Positions 43,892 to 54,965 of a stretch of DNA of 64,000 bases are shown in pieces. The DNA is from Naegleria gruberi (taxonomy: Eukaryota): NCBI GenBank assembly GCA_000004985.1, contig GG738906.1. One strand, written 5' to 3'. Under the pieces are notes generated by a model. The model searched no databases, was not told the DNA's origin, and saw only the letters and a program-made list of their open reading frames with translations. Position numbers and translations under genes: made by a program. Each line of letters opens with the position of its first letter. Position 1 is the stretch's first letter.

Positions 43892-46800
43892 TTACAAATA
43901 AAGGGAACTACTGAAAACAATGTCACGTCTCATTTTCTCCAAACCAATCAATAATTTCTTTTCAATAGTTTCTTCACCTATGGCCTTAGCAGCAGCACAC
44001 ATTTGTCTTACAATTTCTTCACATCGTCTCATTGATCTTACAATAGATCCTTCAAAAATCTCTGTCATTTTACAAATATCTACAAACTTGGCACCGTTGC
44101 ACCAGGCAAATGTTAAATTCATCATATTACAAGGGAACGATTGTAAATACTTGTCGGTATCCAACTCTAATTTTGACTCGATTGATACTTCAGCAACTCT
44201 TCTAGCTGCTTTTTCTAACTCTTCATAAGGTTTTTTCAATTCATCAACTAGGGCGTCTTTATCATCTTGTCTGTTTTGAGAGGATGTAACTTCAGAAGCA
44301 AAACATGATAAGACTGCAATACATTGTTCTGGAGTTAAATCAGAAAATGCACCATTATAAATCATTTCAGTAATAACTAAACTATCTGCGCTGCTCAATT
44401 CGCAGGCAACTCTACCTTTTGCTGTAATTACGTTATCTTCCGTGGCAAAACCTAACCTTCTTAATACACGCATCATATTCTTGAGTTCCTCCTTCATAAC
44501 CACTTGACCAGTTGTTTTAATTTGTTTCTTAAGAGCTTCAATTTCATTTTCGATTTCTAATTTGCTTTCAAAGAGAGCAATTTGATTCTTGTAATTAATA
44601 TCATCTTTTGAAGCATTTCCATTTGAAGCATTAAGTTCATATTGATAAAATGGACTATAGGATAATCTTGATTCCAATTGTTGAATGGTATCTACTACAT
44701 TTTTAACCTGAGCTCTTGCAATACCCATTTCTTCAACCAAATCTAGTCTTGGTACGTCTCCATACTTGTAAACAGACAATTTATCAATACTCATCATACC
44801 ATCAGTCGTTTCGGTGGTAGGTTGAGATTTGAATCTTGAAATTGTTTCCAAAAGCTTTAAAATAGTAGATTTAGCTTCTCCAGAGTTTGCATCTGGCCTG
44901 GACTTCATTTCCTTAGACAAGTAAACTTTAACAGAGCTGTAACATTCAATCAAGTCAACTGATAATGTCTTGATTATTGGCTTTGGCTCTAAAGACTTTT
45001 TGTATTCCTTAACAGGGTATGGCTCATTTGGCTTATCTGGATGTGATGGCAGTAAAATATCAATCAAGTAGTCTGAAGATTTAGTTTGGTTAATTTGCAA
45101 TTTTTCTGCGTGTTTCTTCTTGGTAAACTTGATCAAAATACCCCAACCAAAGCCATTAATTCTTAAAAGGCGACCTGCACTAAGTACAGGAATTGAATAT
45201 TTAGGTGTTGTAATGAGTTTTCTCAAATTATTGTACTCGTTTTCCAATTCTTTTTTCATGTTATAGTAGGATGATAATTGTGGCTCATTTTCAATCTTCA
45301 TTGAATCTCTCTTTACAATTGTTTCATTCAATGTTTGTTCAAAAGCAAGTCGTTTCTTTTCAGATTGGTATTGGAAAAATGATCTTTCCATAATATACTC
45401 CGGAGTAATTTCTTCTACTCTCAACAAGTTAAGCACCATGTAATAGCTCAAATGGAATGAAGAGTTTAAGCAATCAGCAATACCATTCATAAGTTGTTTG
45501 GCATCTTCCTCTCTCAAATCTGGATCGTCCATAATTAAAATAACAATACCTTTGTCATCCAAACCTCTACGACCAGCACGGCCACTCATCTGAATATATT
45601 CACCTGAAGTTAAACGTCTGGTGATTTGACCATCATACTTTTCAATACCTGTAAACAAAACAGTTTTTGCAGGCATGTTCAATCCCATAGCAAATGTCTC
45701 TGTGGCAAATAAAACTTTGATTAAACCTTCCTGGAATAGAATTTCAATAACTTCCTTCATAATTGGTAACAATCCAGAATGGTGAACTCCAATACCTTTC
45801 TGTAATAGTGGTAACATTGTTTCTACTTGTGGTAATTTACGATCTTCATCAGATAAAGAATCAATAGCATTATTAAATACCTCTGCAACCAAACTCATTT
45901 CTTCCTCGTCATTGAAATTGGACTTGGAGAGAGAGACAGCTCTTGTTTCACATTCTTTTCTGGAAAAACTGAAAACAATGACTGGTTGGAAATTTCTCTT
46001 CATAATCATATTTACCAATTTAACAAGAGATGTGTCGACTCTCTTTTTACGATCTCCACCACTCACTTTTCCTGAACTGTTTACATTTCCTGACCCTGAT
46101 CCACCAGATGTCACATTTTTTGATGCATTATTCAATTCTTCAACTGCCTTTTTCCAATTATCTTGTTTGAATGTATGTTTATCTACAACCAAGTGTATTC
46201 CCTGTCCACCAACAGGATAAATATAATGTTGTAATGGTGTTGGTCTGTAGTCTGTGTAAACCACATGAACTGGTTGTCCTTTCAATTTTGCAATCCAACC
46301 AGCAAATTCTGTTGCGTTTGGCATTGTAGCAGATAAGAAGACATATTTAACAGAATTTGGAAGTAAAATTAAAGTTTCTTCCCAAACTACACCTCTCTCC
46401 TTATCACGCATATAGTGAACTTCATCGAAAATAACCCATTGCACTTCATTCAAAATTTCAGATCCTCTATAGAGCATACTTCTCAAAATTTCTGTTGTCA
46501 TAACTATACAACTAGAGTTAGGATTGATAGTAACGTCACCAGTCATAAGTCCAACATCTGTAAATTCTTCTTGTAATTCTCTGAATTTCTGATTTGATAA
46601 AGCTTTAATAGGTGATGTATAGATGACTCTGCTTCCATCCTTTAATGACTTTGCAATAGCATATTCGGCTACTGCTGTTTTACCAGCACTAGTGTGGGCA
46701 CTGACAAGAACACTTTGTGATAATTCAATGGCACGAACGGCTTGTCTTTGAAATGCATCAAGAGTAAATGGGTATTCCTTTGCAGCTTGTTTTAATCCTA

Positions 46801-47284
46801 ATTCAACCTGTGTTTTTTGTTCCATCATAAAATTAACAATTTCGCTTGGATTCGATAAAACATTACTTGAAACTTCCGAACCATCAACACTACCCACTCC
46901 TGTCTGGGAATTAATAGAATAATTTGGAGGTAGAGCAATTTCGTGTAAACAATCGTTCTTCTCACCTAATTTACCAATAGATTTTGATGCAGAATTATTC
47001 ACAGAAACAATTGTTGGTGTACTTGTGGTTCTTGTAAGTTGTGTAGAATCATCAATAATTGTTGGTGTTGGTATGTATAAAGCTTCTTCAGGTAATGATG
47101 TTTCCGAAGTTTCCTCCGATGAAGTGATATCAACAATGACAGGCTTTAATTTCTTATTTTCTCTCAGTTCAACATCACGCTCAGCAATTTTTATTGATTC
47201 TTCTAGTGTTCTCTTTTTTGATTGTTGTTGATTGGTGGATGTTCCAAACACATTGAACAAGTCATCTTGTGAGAATGGATCCAT
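43892..47284 (-). CDS. Mtr4/Ski2-family DExH RNA helicase (exosome cofactor).
   Basis: Helicase motifs SAHTSAGKT, DEVHY and SATMPN, plus FATETFAMGLNMPAKTV and MSGRAGRRG. It also has an arch/DSHCT-type C-terminal region. The 1130-aa single ORF length fits Mtr4. Confidence 0.85.
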   Translation of the reverse strand: MDPFSQDDLFNVFGTSTNQQQSKKRTLEESIKIAERDVELRENKKLKPVIVDITSSEETSETSLPEEALYIPTPTIIDDSTQLTRTTSTPTIVSVNNSASKSIGKLGEKNDCLHEIALPPNYSINSQTGVGSVDGSEVSSNVLSNPSEIVNFMMEQKTQVELGLKQAAKEYPFTLDAFQRQAVRAIELSQSVLVSAHTSAGKTAVAEYAIAKSLKDGSRVIYTSPIKALSNQKFRELQEEFTDVGLMTGDVTINPNSSCIVMTTEILRSMLYRGSEILNEVQWVIFDEVHYMRDKERGVVWEETLILLPNSVKYVFLSATMPNATEFAGWIAKLKGQPVHVVYTDYRPTPLQHYIYPVGGQGIHLVVDKHTFKQDNWKKAVEELNNASKNVTSGGSGSGNVNSSGKVSGGDRKKRVDTSLVKLVNMIMKRNFQPVIVFSFSRKECETRAVSLSKSNFNDEEEMSLVAEVFNNAIDSLSDEDRKLPQVETMLPLLQKGIGVHHSGLLPIMKEVIEILFQEGLIKVLFATETFAMGLNMPAKTVLFTGIEKYDGQITRRLTSGEYIQMSGRAGRRGLDDKGIVILIMDDPDLREEDAKQLMNGIADCLNSSFHLSYYMVLNLLRVEEITPEYIMERSFFQYQSEKKRLAFEQTLNETIVKRDSMKIENEPQLSSYYNMKKELENEYNNLRKLITTPKYSIPVLSAGRLLRINGFGWGILIKFTKKKHAEKLQINQTKSSDYLIDILLPSHPDKPNEPYPVKEYKKSLEPKPIIKTLSVDLIECYSSVKVYLSKEMKSRPDANSGEAKSTILKLLETISRFKSQPTTETTDGMMSIDKLSVYKYGDVPRLDLVEEMGIARAQVKNVVDTIQQLESRLSYSPFYQYELNASNGNASKDDINYKNQIALFESKLEIENEIEALKKQIKTTGQVVMKEELKNMMRVLRRLGFATEDNVITAKGRVACELSSADSLVITEMIYNGAFSDLTPEQCIAVLSCFASEVTSSQNRQDDKDALVDELKKPYEELEKAARRVAEVSIESKLELDTDKYLQSFPCNMMNLTFAWCNGAKFVDICKMTEIFEGSIVRSMRRCEEIVRQMCAAAKAIGEETIEKKLLIGLEKMRRDIVFSSSLYL

Positions 47285-47577
47285 GACGATGAAATTTTTT
47301 TTTCAATTTAAATGTTGATAACAAGGTAAAGTTTTGCAACTTCGAAAAAGTTGATGATGATTGTTGTGCACATGAAATACTTTCTTATTTACATTGAAAA
47401 TTTTGGCTGTTATTTGTTTGGCAACATAGCCATGGCAGAGTGCTTGATGATATTGAAAGGAAATATTGTGCAACAAGACAAAAATAGGTTTGTAAACTTT
47501 TGTGTTGGGAAACAAAAAATTAACGACTTGTTTGATTGGTTGGGCTTGTTTGTGGCAGACACAAATCAAAAAAAAAT

Positions 47578-49081
47578 ATGAGTGTGTTAGACCTGCTTGG
47601 TGATGAAATCAACAATGCAGACGGAGAGGAGGTAAGTACCTCTGTCTCCAATATTATAGGGGAGCAAGGCAGTACAAACATCGTTTCCACAACTTCATCT
47701 TTGGCCACATCATCTACTCCACAACAATCATCTTCTGGTAATAGTACCACCATCCAACGACCTCCCTCCACCACTGCTAGCACCACTAAACCTTGGGGAA
47801 GATTAGTACTGGTAAGCACCGGATGTTCTGATATTCCAAAAGAATTCTTCCTCTCCGAAGATGTTATTAATATTGGCAGAATGCAAACCAACAATGTGAG
47901 AATTTTTTCGAAACAACAATCCAAATTTGTTTCAAGAAACCATGCCCAAATTAAAAAAATCAATGCTTTCACTTTTGAAATCGAAGATAAAGGGAGCATG
48001 AACGGTACACTGGTGAACGGCAAAAAGATTCAAACCTCCAAATTAAAGTAAGTACTACTTTTAATTCTCAATAATAACTATGCGCAGACATGGAGACTTG
48101 ATTATTATTACTGGAGGACCAACAGCCAATGTCAATGATTACATTACAGTTAATGACAAGAGGAGAGAAATGTTTCAAAACGAACAAGATTGGAAATATG
48201 AACTCACTACCCAACTCAAACAAGCCTTTATCTATAGATTTGAACTTTTAGATCAGAATGCTATAATGAAAAGTTTAAGCTCTGTTATCTCAGAGCCTGT
48301 TTCAAAACAAGAAGAAAAATCTGTAGAGAATATTAGTCGAGATATTTCTATAACACAAACACAAAAACCACTTCCAGATAATAAGAGAAAGATTGACGAC
48401 ACTGATTTAGCAACTAGTGAAACTGGAAAGAAATTTAAAGCACTTTCTGATTCTTGCACAAGCGAACTCACTTGTTGTATTTGTTATAATCTTTTCGTGG
48501 AACCAACAGTTCTTGAATGTGGTCATAATTTTTGTAAACGTTGCTTGTATGAATGGCTAGCAAAGAATCACTCTTGTCCACTATGTAGAAAGAAGCTATC
48601 AAAGGGGTCATACCCTAACAGATCTATAGAAACTATTCTAAATTCTTACGTTCAACATGTTTCCTGTACTGACGAACAAAAGCTAAGAGAAGACAGAATT
48701 AAACTCATTCAACAGAAATTCGATGAAGATTTAGCTAAATTACACGGAATGATTGAGAATGCCAAGGCTAAAAAGATTAAATTTTTAAATATTAAGGACA
48801 GATGGAAACTAGAAGAAAAGAGAACCTTCAAGAATGGTGTAAAACAGTACTTTGGAAAATGCAGAGAAGATTTTTGTAATTTAGTTGGTATGACTGAAAA
48901 TTTTGTCAATAATTGCACCAACGAGGAATTAATAATTGCATGTGATAATTTGGAAATACCTGTTGCTTACATGATTGTTGGACAAGAAATTAAAACAATG
49001 AGGCGAGTTGTTGACTTTGATCAGACTAGACAAAGATTGTTGAACTTTTGGAATGCTGCAGATAATTTATTTTTCATTTAA
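47578..49081 (+). CDS. FHA-domain plus RING-finger E3 ubiquitin ligase (CHFR/Dma1/RNF8-like). 2 exons: 47578..48047 and 48088..49081.
   Basis: FHA: WGRLVLVS...INIGRMQTNNVRI...SRNHAQI...SMNGTLVNG. RING: CCICYNLFVEPTVLECGHNFCKRCLYEWLAKNHSCPLCRKKL. The intron at 48048..48087 (gtaagt...gcag) is phase-2 compatible and yields ...TSKLKHGDLIIITGG. Confidence 0.8.
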
Positions 49082-50154
49082 TTACTTTTTTTCCTTTTTC
49101 TTTTTTGCTTTCTTTTTAGGTTTGTTTTTTTGTATGTGTGCTTTTAGGTTGGAGACCATTTGAGTGGTTAGAATCTTGTAAGCTGCCTTATCAACACGTT
49201 CGTACAATCTTATCCTAATTAAATTTTCCTTGGTTTTGGCTAGCTCTGCAAACATTAGCACCGCATTAGAGTCAACTACAATGTAATTTAAATCAATATT
49301 TTGTAAAGCATTAAATGTGTTTTGAGTGATCGATTCACAAAACTTGGCAACAATGTCAGTCCTTAGAGGTGTTCCTTCTCCACACCCTGATAAATTAAGT
49401 TGTTGAAGTTTTTGAGATGATAACAATGCAGTTGCAATTGCTTCAAATCCCCTTTCTCCAAATGTATTTCCTTGTAATTCAAGATTTTGAAGAGAGGGAG
49501 ATTTGCTGATTGCCTCTGATGCAAGTGCTACAGCTCCTTCATCCTGAATTCCACAATAATTTAGAGATAATTTAGACAGTGAAGGGCTCCAAGCTATTCC
49601 GACTGCTAAAAGACAAGCTCCTTCATCTCCAATTTCATTATGATCCAAAATTAACGTTGTAAGAGTTTCATTGTTTTGTAAAGCACGTGATAGAGCACTA
49701 CAACCCTTGGAACTAACTCGATTGTCAATTAATTCCAATTCTTTAAGTTTTGGATGAGGTTGTAACCACTTTTTGAAATGATAAGCATTGCCATTTTCCA
49801 ACATACCTTTCCGATTAATTGTACAGTTTTATCATTCATATTGTTTCTCCAAAACGACATTTTTTCATATCCTGGCATATTTACATCTAAATTTTCCAAT
49901 AATATTTGTATTGCTTCTGTAGAACATTCTTCCGTAATAAGGAATGGAATGTTTAATGTTGGAGGACCTTCCTCCGATTTTGATAGACGATTTAGTTTTT
50001 GAACAATAGAAGGGAGGGGCACAAGACTTTTATCTTGGCAGGCCTTTTCGTAGGATTTCAAAAACTTTTTAATTGCTTTTCTATTATTTTCAATTTCATC
50101 TCCTTCCTTTGCTGATGATGATTTTTTGGCACTTGAGCTAGGTTTTGGAGGCAT
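49082..50154 (-). CDS. Ribonuclease-inhibitor-type leucine-rich-repeat protein with an about 115-aa N-terminal domain. 2 exons: 49807..50154 and 49082..49768.
   Basis: RNI-like LRRs: ELELIDNRVSSKGCSALSRALQNNETLTTLILDHNEIGDEGACLLAVGI...LSLNYCGIQDEGAVALA...LELQGNTFGERGFEAIA. The intron at 49769..49806 has a GTATGT donor and is phase 0. Confidence 0.7.
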
Positions 50155-50367
50155 TAAGGGCAGTTTTTTTTCGGTTGAAAATTTGTATTTTACTGATTAC
50201 TTTTCCATTAATTTACGGTAACATTATTAGACCGCTTATTCCAATAACAAAAGAAATACAAACAAGGGTAAGCACGAATCAGAGGATGGGCGAAGTTGTC
50301 AATGAAAAAGTCTCGTATTTACATTATTTCATAACAGTTTCGATTTACTTTTGAAAAATAAAAAAAA

Positions 50368-51991
50368 ATGGAACAGCTCTTAACGGCTAGGTGGGCTCAA
50401 CAATCTAACTCTCCCCTAGAGTCAGCACCATCATCACCGTTAAAAACAAGATTGAGCGTTTCCAAAACAACTCTATCAACAACAATTAAAAATTTTGATG
50501 CTGTCGCTAGGATTAATCAAGAAAAAACTAGCAGCCTTAATGGATTGAATTACTTGTATGATACCGATGATAGTGAATCTGATTCGGGATCTTCATCAGA
50601 CTCTGAACAAAGTGAAGCTACAGAAAAACGGTATCCATTCACTAATGCTGTCGAAGAATACAAAAAGAAAACAATCCTTTTAGGCTCATCAAGAAAAAGC
50701 AATATTTCATCTCCTCAAAATCTGCCCTCATCTCACAGAGTCGCTTCTCCAAGAAATGATACTGGCTATCAAAGTGTAAAAACAACGAAGAAAATACTTG
50801 GAAAAAATCATATCGATGAGTTAAAATCTCAAGTAGTTGATGACACATGTTTTATTGCTAATATAATCAAGGGAAGCCCAACATCAAAGAAGGAAAACTC
50901 ATCAAAGACTCCAACGATTCTAAAAAAGGAGAATGAATCAAAAAATGTTACTCCAAGTGTTAAAGAAGGTAAGTGAAACATTAAACTTATTTTAACTTTG
51001 CATTTCACAAGATGGGCTAAAATCTATTTTGGACGAACATAAATTAGACATTGAAGAATTGGAGTTTTTAGAGGTTACTTCTTCTGAAGATGATGAAATT
51101 GAGATAACAAAAGAAAAAGTTGAAATAATTTCAGGAGAAGATTCTATCAGAATTGAAAAAGAATCTGCTCGTGAATATTTTGAACGACTGTTACAGGATG
51201 CCAAAAAGAAAGAGCCAAAGGAAGTTAGAGATTACGAGAGAATGGCAGACTATGCCCTGGAAAAGTCATTGGAATCTTTGAAAAAAACTATTGACGATGT
51301 TGATATCACAAAAACTGAGACCTTCCAACATGTTTCACAGAGAAGAAGAATGTACGACTCTCTCAAGAGAGGACTAGGTGCTAGAGATTTCATGGTGGGA
51401 GTAGCAGGATCAAGCGAAGCAGCTGATGAGTTGCTCTCTAAAATTGGGTTATCACCAATCGCACCCAAGACACCTTCCTCTCCTCATCCACCTAATTCTC
51501 CAAGTAGTACTCCTCAAACATCGTCACCAGTAAAGGATAAAAAATCTAAAAGAACTAAGGAAGAGGAAGATAAAGTTCTTGACAGATTATCAAAACCGAG
51601 AAGCCATCATTTGTACAGAAAAAATGATGAAAATAATAAGAGTATTACTCATTCAGTGGCCACATTAAGCGAAAAGTTTTTGGATAGGATGAAAAATTAT
51701 GAAGAAATGAAGAAATTGAAACTTGAAGAGTTACGATCTCAAATGAATCAAAAAAGAAATCAAGATATTAGCTTTTCTCCTAGGATTAACAATAATTCGA
51801 AATCAATACATAGAAATATTAACTCTCTTCTCTCATGGCACAAAGAAAAGAGCATGAAACATGAAAAGTTGCTCTTGAAGAAACAAGAAACCGATTCAAT
51901 AATTGATTGTACTTTTTCTCCTGAAATTAGTGAGCGATCTCAACGATTGGCAAAAAGAAAACCAAACATTCCTTTATCATTGCGCGATTAA
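50368..51991 (+). CDS. Hypothetical Ser-rich / charged coiled-coil protein. 2 exons: 50368..50968 and 51012..51991.
   Basis: Two ORFs are joined by a GTAAGT...CACAAG intron (50969..51011) in a compatible phase (…VKEGDGLKSILDEHKLDIEELE…). No recognisable domain. Confidence 0.55.
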
Positions 51992-52028
51992 AATGTATAT
52001 TAATTTCCAATAAATCAATTATTTACAA

Positions 52029-54683
52029 TTAATCATCTTGCTCATCTTCTTCATTAATGGAAACTCTCCTATTTGATTTGGGTTTTACAACAGAAAAGTC
52101 AGAAAAATCTGATCTACCTTCAAGCTCCAGATTCTGCTCATTACAAATATGAAGCATGCAAATAAAGCAAAAAGGAATAGAAGCTTCAGAAAAATCTGGT
52201 TTTCTTTCTCCTTCTTTTGGTTTTGTTGTATTAACAGTCGAGACAACGGAAGAGAAGTCAAGTTTCTTATCATCAGATGACCTTATTTCTTTCCATAAAT
52301 GTTCTTTGAGAGCTCTGACGTCAACCTGTTTGGCTTTGGATTCGTACTTGATATTTAATTTTGAGACCTTCTTTGGAGCTTCTATTAGCTTTTCACCTCC
52401 AACTGTATTTGCTGTAGAATTGAGATTTTGAGTAGCTACTTGAATTTCTTTTTCATCCAAAAGTGAGGCTGAATCATTGAGTTTGATAGTATCATATTGG
52501 AAAGTGTCTTGTTGTGTTTGATATGTTAAATTTGGATCTTGCATTATGATCTCTGTTGTCGGCTCAATAGTAGGCTCAATATTGGGTTGAGTGAGATCAT
52601 CTGTAATCATATCAAATCCACCCAAATCCATATCAAACCCACCAATTTCTGTCATTGGTTGATCGTTCTCATCATCACTTTCATCATAAAGCTGACTTGA
52701 ATGAATTACCTTCATTCCTCCTTCAGTGGTTTTCTGCCTTTTGCTCGTATCTATCACTACAGGTTGTTTAGATTTTTCAAAATTAAATCTTTGAGATCCT
52801 AATTCATTAATAGAAACAGCTTTCAACGATCTGTTTGTGAATATTGGTGGGAGTTTGAAAGGTTTCAGTAGGGTCGCCAGATCGTAGTGAAAATCTTCTG
52901 GTAAAAGTGTAGTCTTTTGAGCATTAATGGATTTTTCTGCCATTTGGTTCTTTTCTGGTTTACTACTAATTTTAAAATCTGTTGCAAAATCAATCTTGTC
53001 ACAATCTGTTAAAAAGTCAAATTTGAAAGCTTCTTTTTGAGTTCTCTTTTTTGTAGTCTTTTTGTTGGTATGAGTTGTGGATTTTACTGTTGGTTTCCAA
53101 TGGTCAATACCCGACCAATGTCTAATTTTTGTAACATCAAAGTATGCATAATCATCGTCAACAGTTAAAGATTCTGGATCCTTTTGCAACATATCAAGGA
53201 ATGAGAGTTGTTTGTCATTTTCAGATTCTTTTTGTTTTTCTTCTATTGTAACAATTTCTTCACCTGAATCTGAAGTTTGGGTTTCAATAGGCTCAGGATT
53301 GGCAAAATCAGTATCAAAAAGACCTCCCTCATCGTCATCATCATCTTCATGATCAACATTTTCAAAGTGGTCAGGAGCAAGTCCTCCAACTTCGTGTACT
53401 GCATTAATTAAGGCTGCTCCTTCACAGCCGATGGATATTTTGTGAGGAATTTCTTGTGTCATATTGAGACCAGCAATTTCATCAGGTACCATTGATTGAA
53501 TATCATCAATACCTGTTTCCAATCCCCCAAGCTCAATATCGAAATGTTGGTTTGGATTGATTTCTAGCTGTTGGAGTTGATCGGATTCCCCAACGAGAGA
53601 TGTTTTCTCCTCAGATTGAAGAGGTGGAGGTTGTTCATGATTGACTTCTTCCTCATCCTCCATCATTGATGAGTTATTAAAAGATTTAATGGTGCTCTTA
53701 TCTAGCGTAATATTATTTGCATGTTCTTCCACTTCTTCTTCTACCTGGAATGGAATTGGTTGCACAGATTGTTGTGGAATATTCTCAATAATTTTAGAAT
53801 ATTTGTAGTCCCAACTCTTTGAATCTATAATCACCTCACAACCTAACCCTAAACCCAAATTATTCAATAATAATGAGTGAGCACTCCCAACATCAAAATT
53901 ATTTGAAGAACCAGTAGAGTTATGGTATAGTGGCTCGATCATATAGTTGAGATCTAATTTTTTAACAGTAATATTGTTCACGTTTGTTTCTAATGTATTG
54001 ACTCCATATCTTACACGTTTTTTCTTTGTTTTTTCCTCTGACTTATCAGAATCCTTTCCTTCTTGGTTATTTTCTGTTTCGTCTGCTTTTCCTTTCTCCT
54101 GTGTTCGGGCAAAGCTGCCCAATACTTTATACGTCTCAGAGTGAATAGAATCCACACGAGTAGAGTAAATTTTAACGCCTGCATCCAAAGTGCAACTAGC
54201 TGTTTGAAATGTACCACCACCCAAGTTAGATCCTAATACTTCACCAATATAGTCAAGCAAGTTCAACTCCCAAGCATTTTTTGTAGTAATCTTATTCTCT
54301 GTTGAGAGTTTAATACAATTCATAAATAATTCTTCCAATTCTGAAGGAGAAACATGTCTGGAAGTTGTTGATGGTCTGTGTACTCCACTTTTCCGACTTG
54401 TTGCTCCTGCTAAAAATTTAGAAGATGCAGGAACAACACTTTTACGCTTCCTCCTATTATTCATCTTTTCTTCATCGTCATTGTTAATATCTAAATTAGC
54501 AGTTGGAGCAAATAATGTAGATTTTCTTCTGGACGATTGATTTTGTCGTACAGGAGCAGGACTTTCAATAGTGATCGATCCTGTTGAATTTCGTTTACTA
54601 GATTTTGGTGATAACGTTTCCTCTTCTTCATCTTCCTCATCTAAAAGATTATTGTCCTCTTCACTGCTATCTTGTCTTGGCAT
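52029..54683 (-). CDS. Condensin complex subunit 2 (kleisin CAP-H/Barren).
   Basis: Conserved N-terminal block ...NAWELNLLDYIGEVL...GGGTFQTASCTLDAGVKIYSTRVDSIHSETYKVLGSF. The C-terminal kleisin winged helix reads IPFCFICMLHICNEQNLELEG. Confidence 0.85.
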   Translation of the reverse strand: MPRQDSSEEDNNLLDEEDEEEETLSPKSSKRNSTGSITIESPAPVRQNQSSRRKSTLFAPTANLDINNDDEEKMNNRRKRKSVVPASSKFLAGATSRKSGVHRPSTTSRHVSPSELEELFMNCIKLSTENKITTKNAWELNLLDYIGEVLGSNLGGGTFQTASCTLDAGVKIYSTRVDSIHSETYKVLGSFARTQEKGKADETENNQEGKDSDKSEEKTKKKRVRYGVNTLETNVNNITVKKLDLNYMIEPLYHNSTGSSNNFDVGSAHSLLLNNLGLGLGCEVIIDSKSWDYKYSKIIENIPQQSVQPIPFQVEEEVEEHANNITLDKSTIKSFNNSSMMEDEEEVNHEQPPPLQSEEKTSLVGESDQLQQLEINPNQHFDIELGGLETGIDDIQSMVPDEIAGLNMTQEIPHKISIGCEGAALINAVHEVGGLAPDHFENVDHEDDDDDEGGLFDTDFANPEPIETQTSDSGEEIVTIEEKQKESENDKQLSFLDMLQKDPESLTVDDDYAYFDVTKIRHWSGIDHWKPTVKSTTHTNKKTTKKRTQKEAFKFDFLTDCDKIDFATDFKISSKPEKNQMAEKSINAQKTTLLPEDFHYDLATLLKPFKLPPIFTNRSLKAVSINELGSQRFNFEKSKQPVVIDTSKRQKTTEGGMKVIHSSQLYDESDDENDQPMTEIGGFDMDLGGFDMITDDLTQPNIEPTIEPTTEIIMQDPNLTYQTQQDTFQYDTIKLNDSASLLDEKEIQVATQNLNSTANTVGGEKLIEAPKKVSKLNIKYESKAKQVDVRALKEHLWKEIRSSDDKKLDFSSVVSTVNTTKPKEGERKPDFSEASIPFCFICMLHICNEQNLELEGRSDFSDFSVVKPKSNRRVSINEEDEQDD

Positions 54684-54965
54684 TCTTTTTTAATAAACTT
54701 TTTCAAACAAAAAATGGCGGGAAAACAAATATGCTTGTTCACAACTTTAATTTATTATTACTATGTGTTCTTTGAAATAATATTTGCTATCAGAGAAATA
54801 TAAGATTTAGTTCAGTATTATTTGGAATAATTTATGAAGATTTTTAGATAGAATTACTGTTTTATTTAATAATGTTATTATTATTAGATTAATAATTATC
54901 ATAATAAATTTTGAAATTGAAATTTAAAAAAATAAAATCCAACATCAATACTCTTCCTCTATTAA
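54684..54965. promoter_or_regulatory. Divergent promoter region between condensin CAP-H (-) and the eRF3/Hbs1 GTPase (+).
   Basis: A 282-bp AT-rich spacer between two divergent ATGs. Confidence 0.4.

Noticed and set aside
47632-47659. An intron-like GTAAGT...TATAG segment near the start of the FHA-RING gene
   Set aside because: It is 28 nt long. Removing it would shift the frame and lose the FHA domain, whereas the read-through frame stays open and sensible. I treated it as coding.
47520-48023. A 167-aa ORF on the minus strand
   Set aside because: It is entirely antisense to the well-supported FHA-RING gene. Its composition is low-complexity and mirrors the sense strand. Similar antisense ORFs at 9492..9950, 12982..13338, 23196..23621, 31815..32213 and 38043..38417 were rejected for the same reason.
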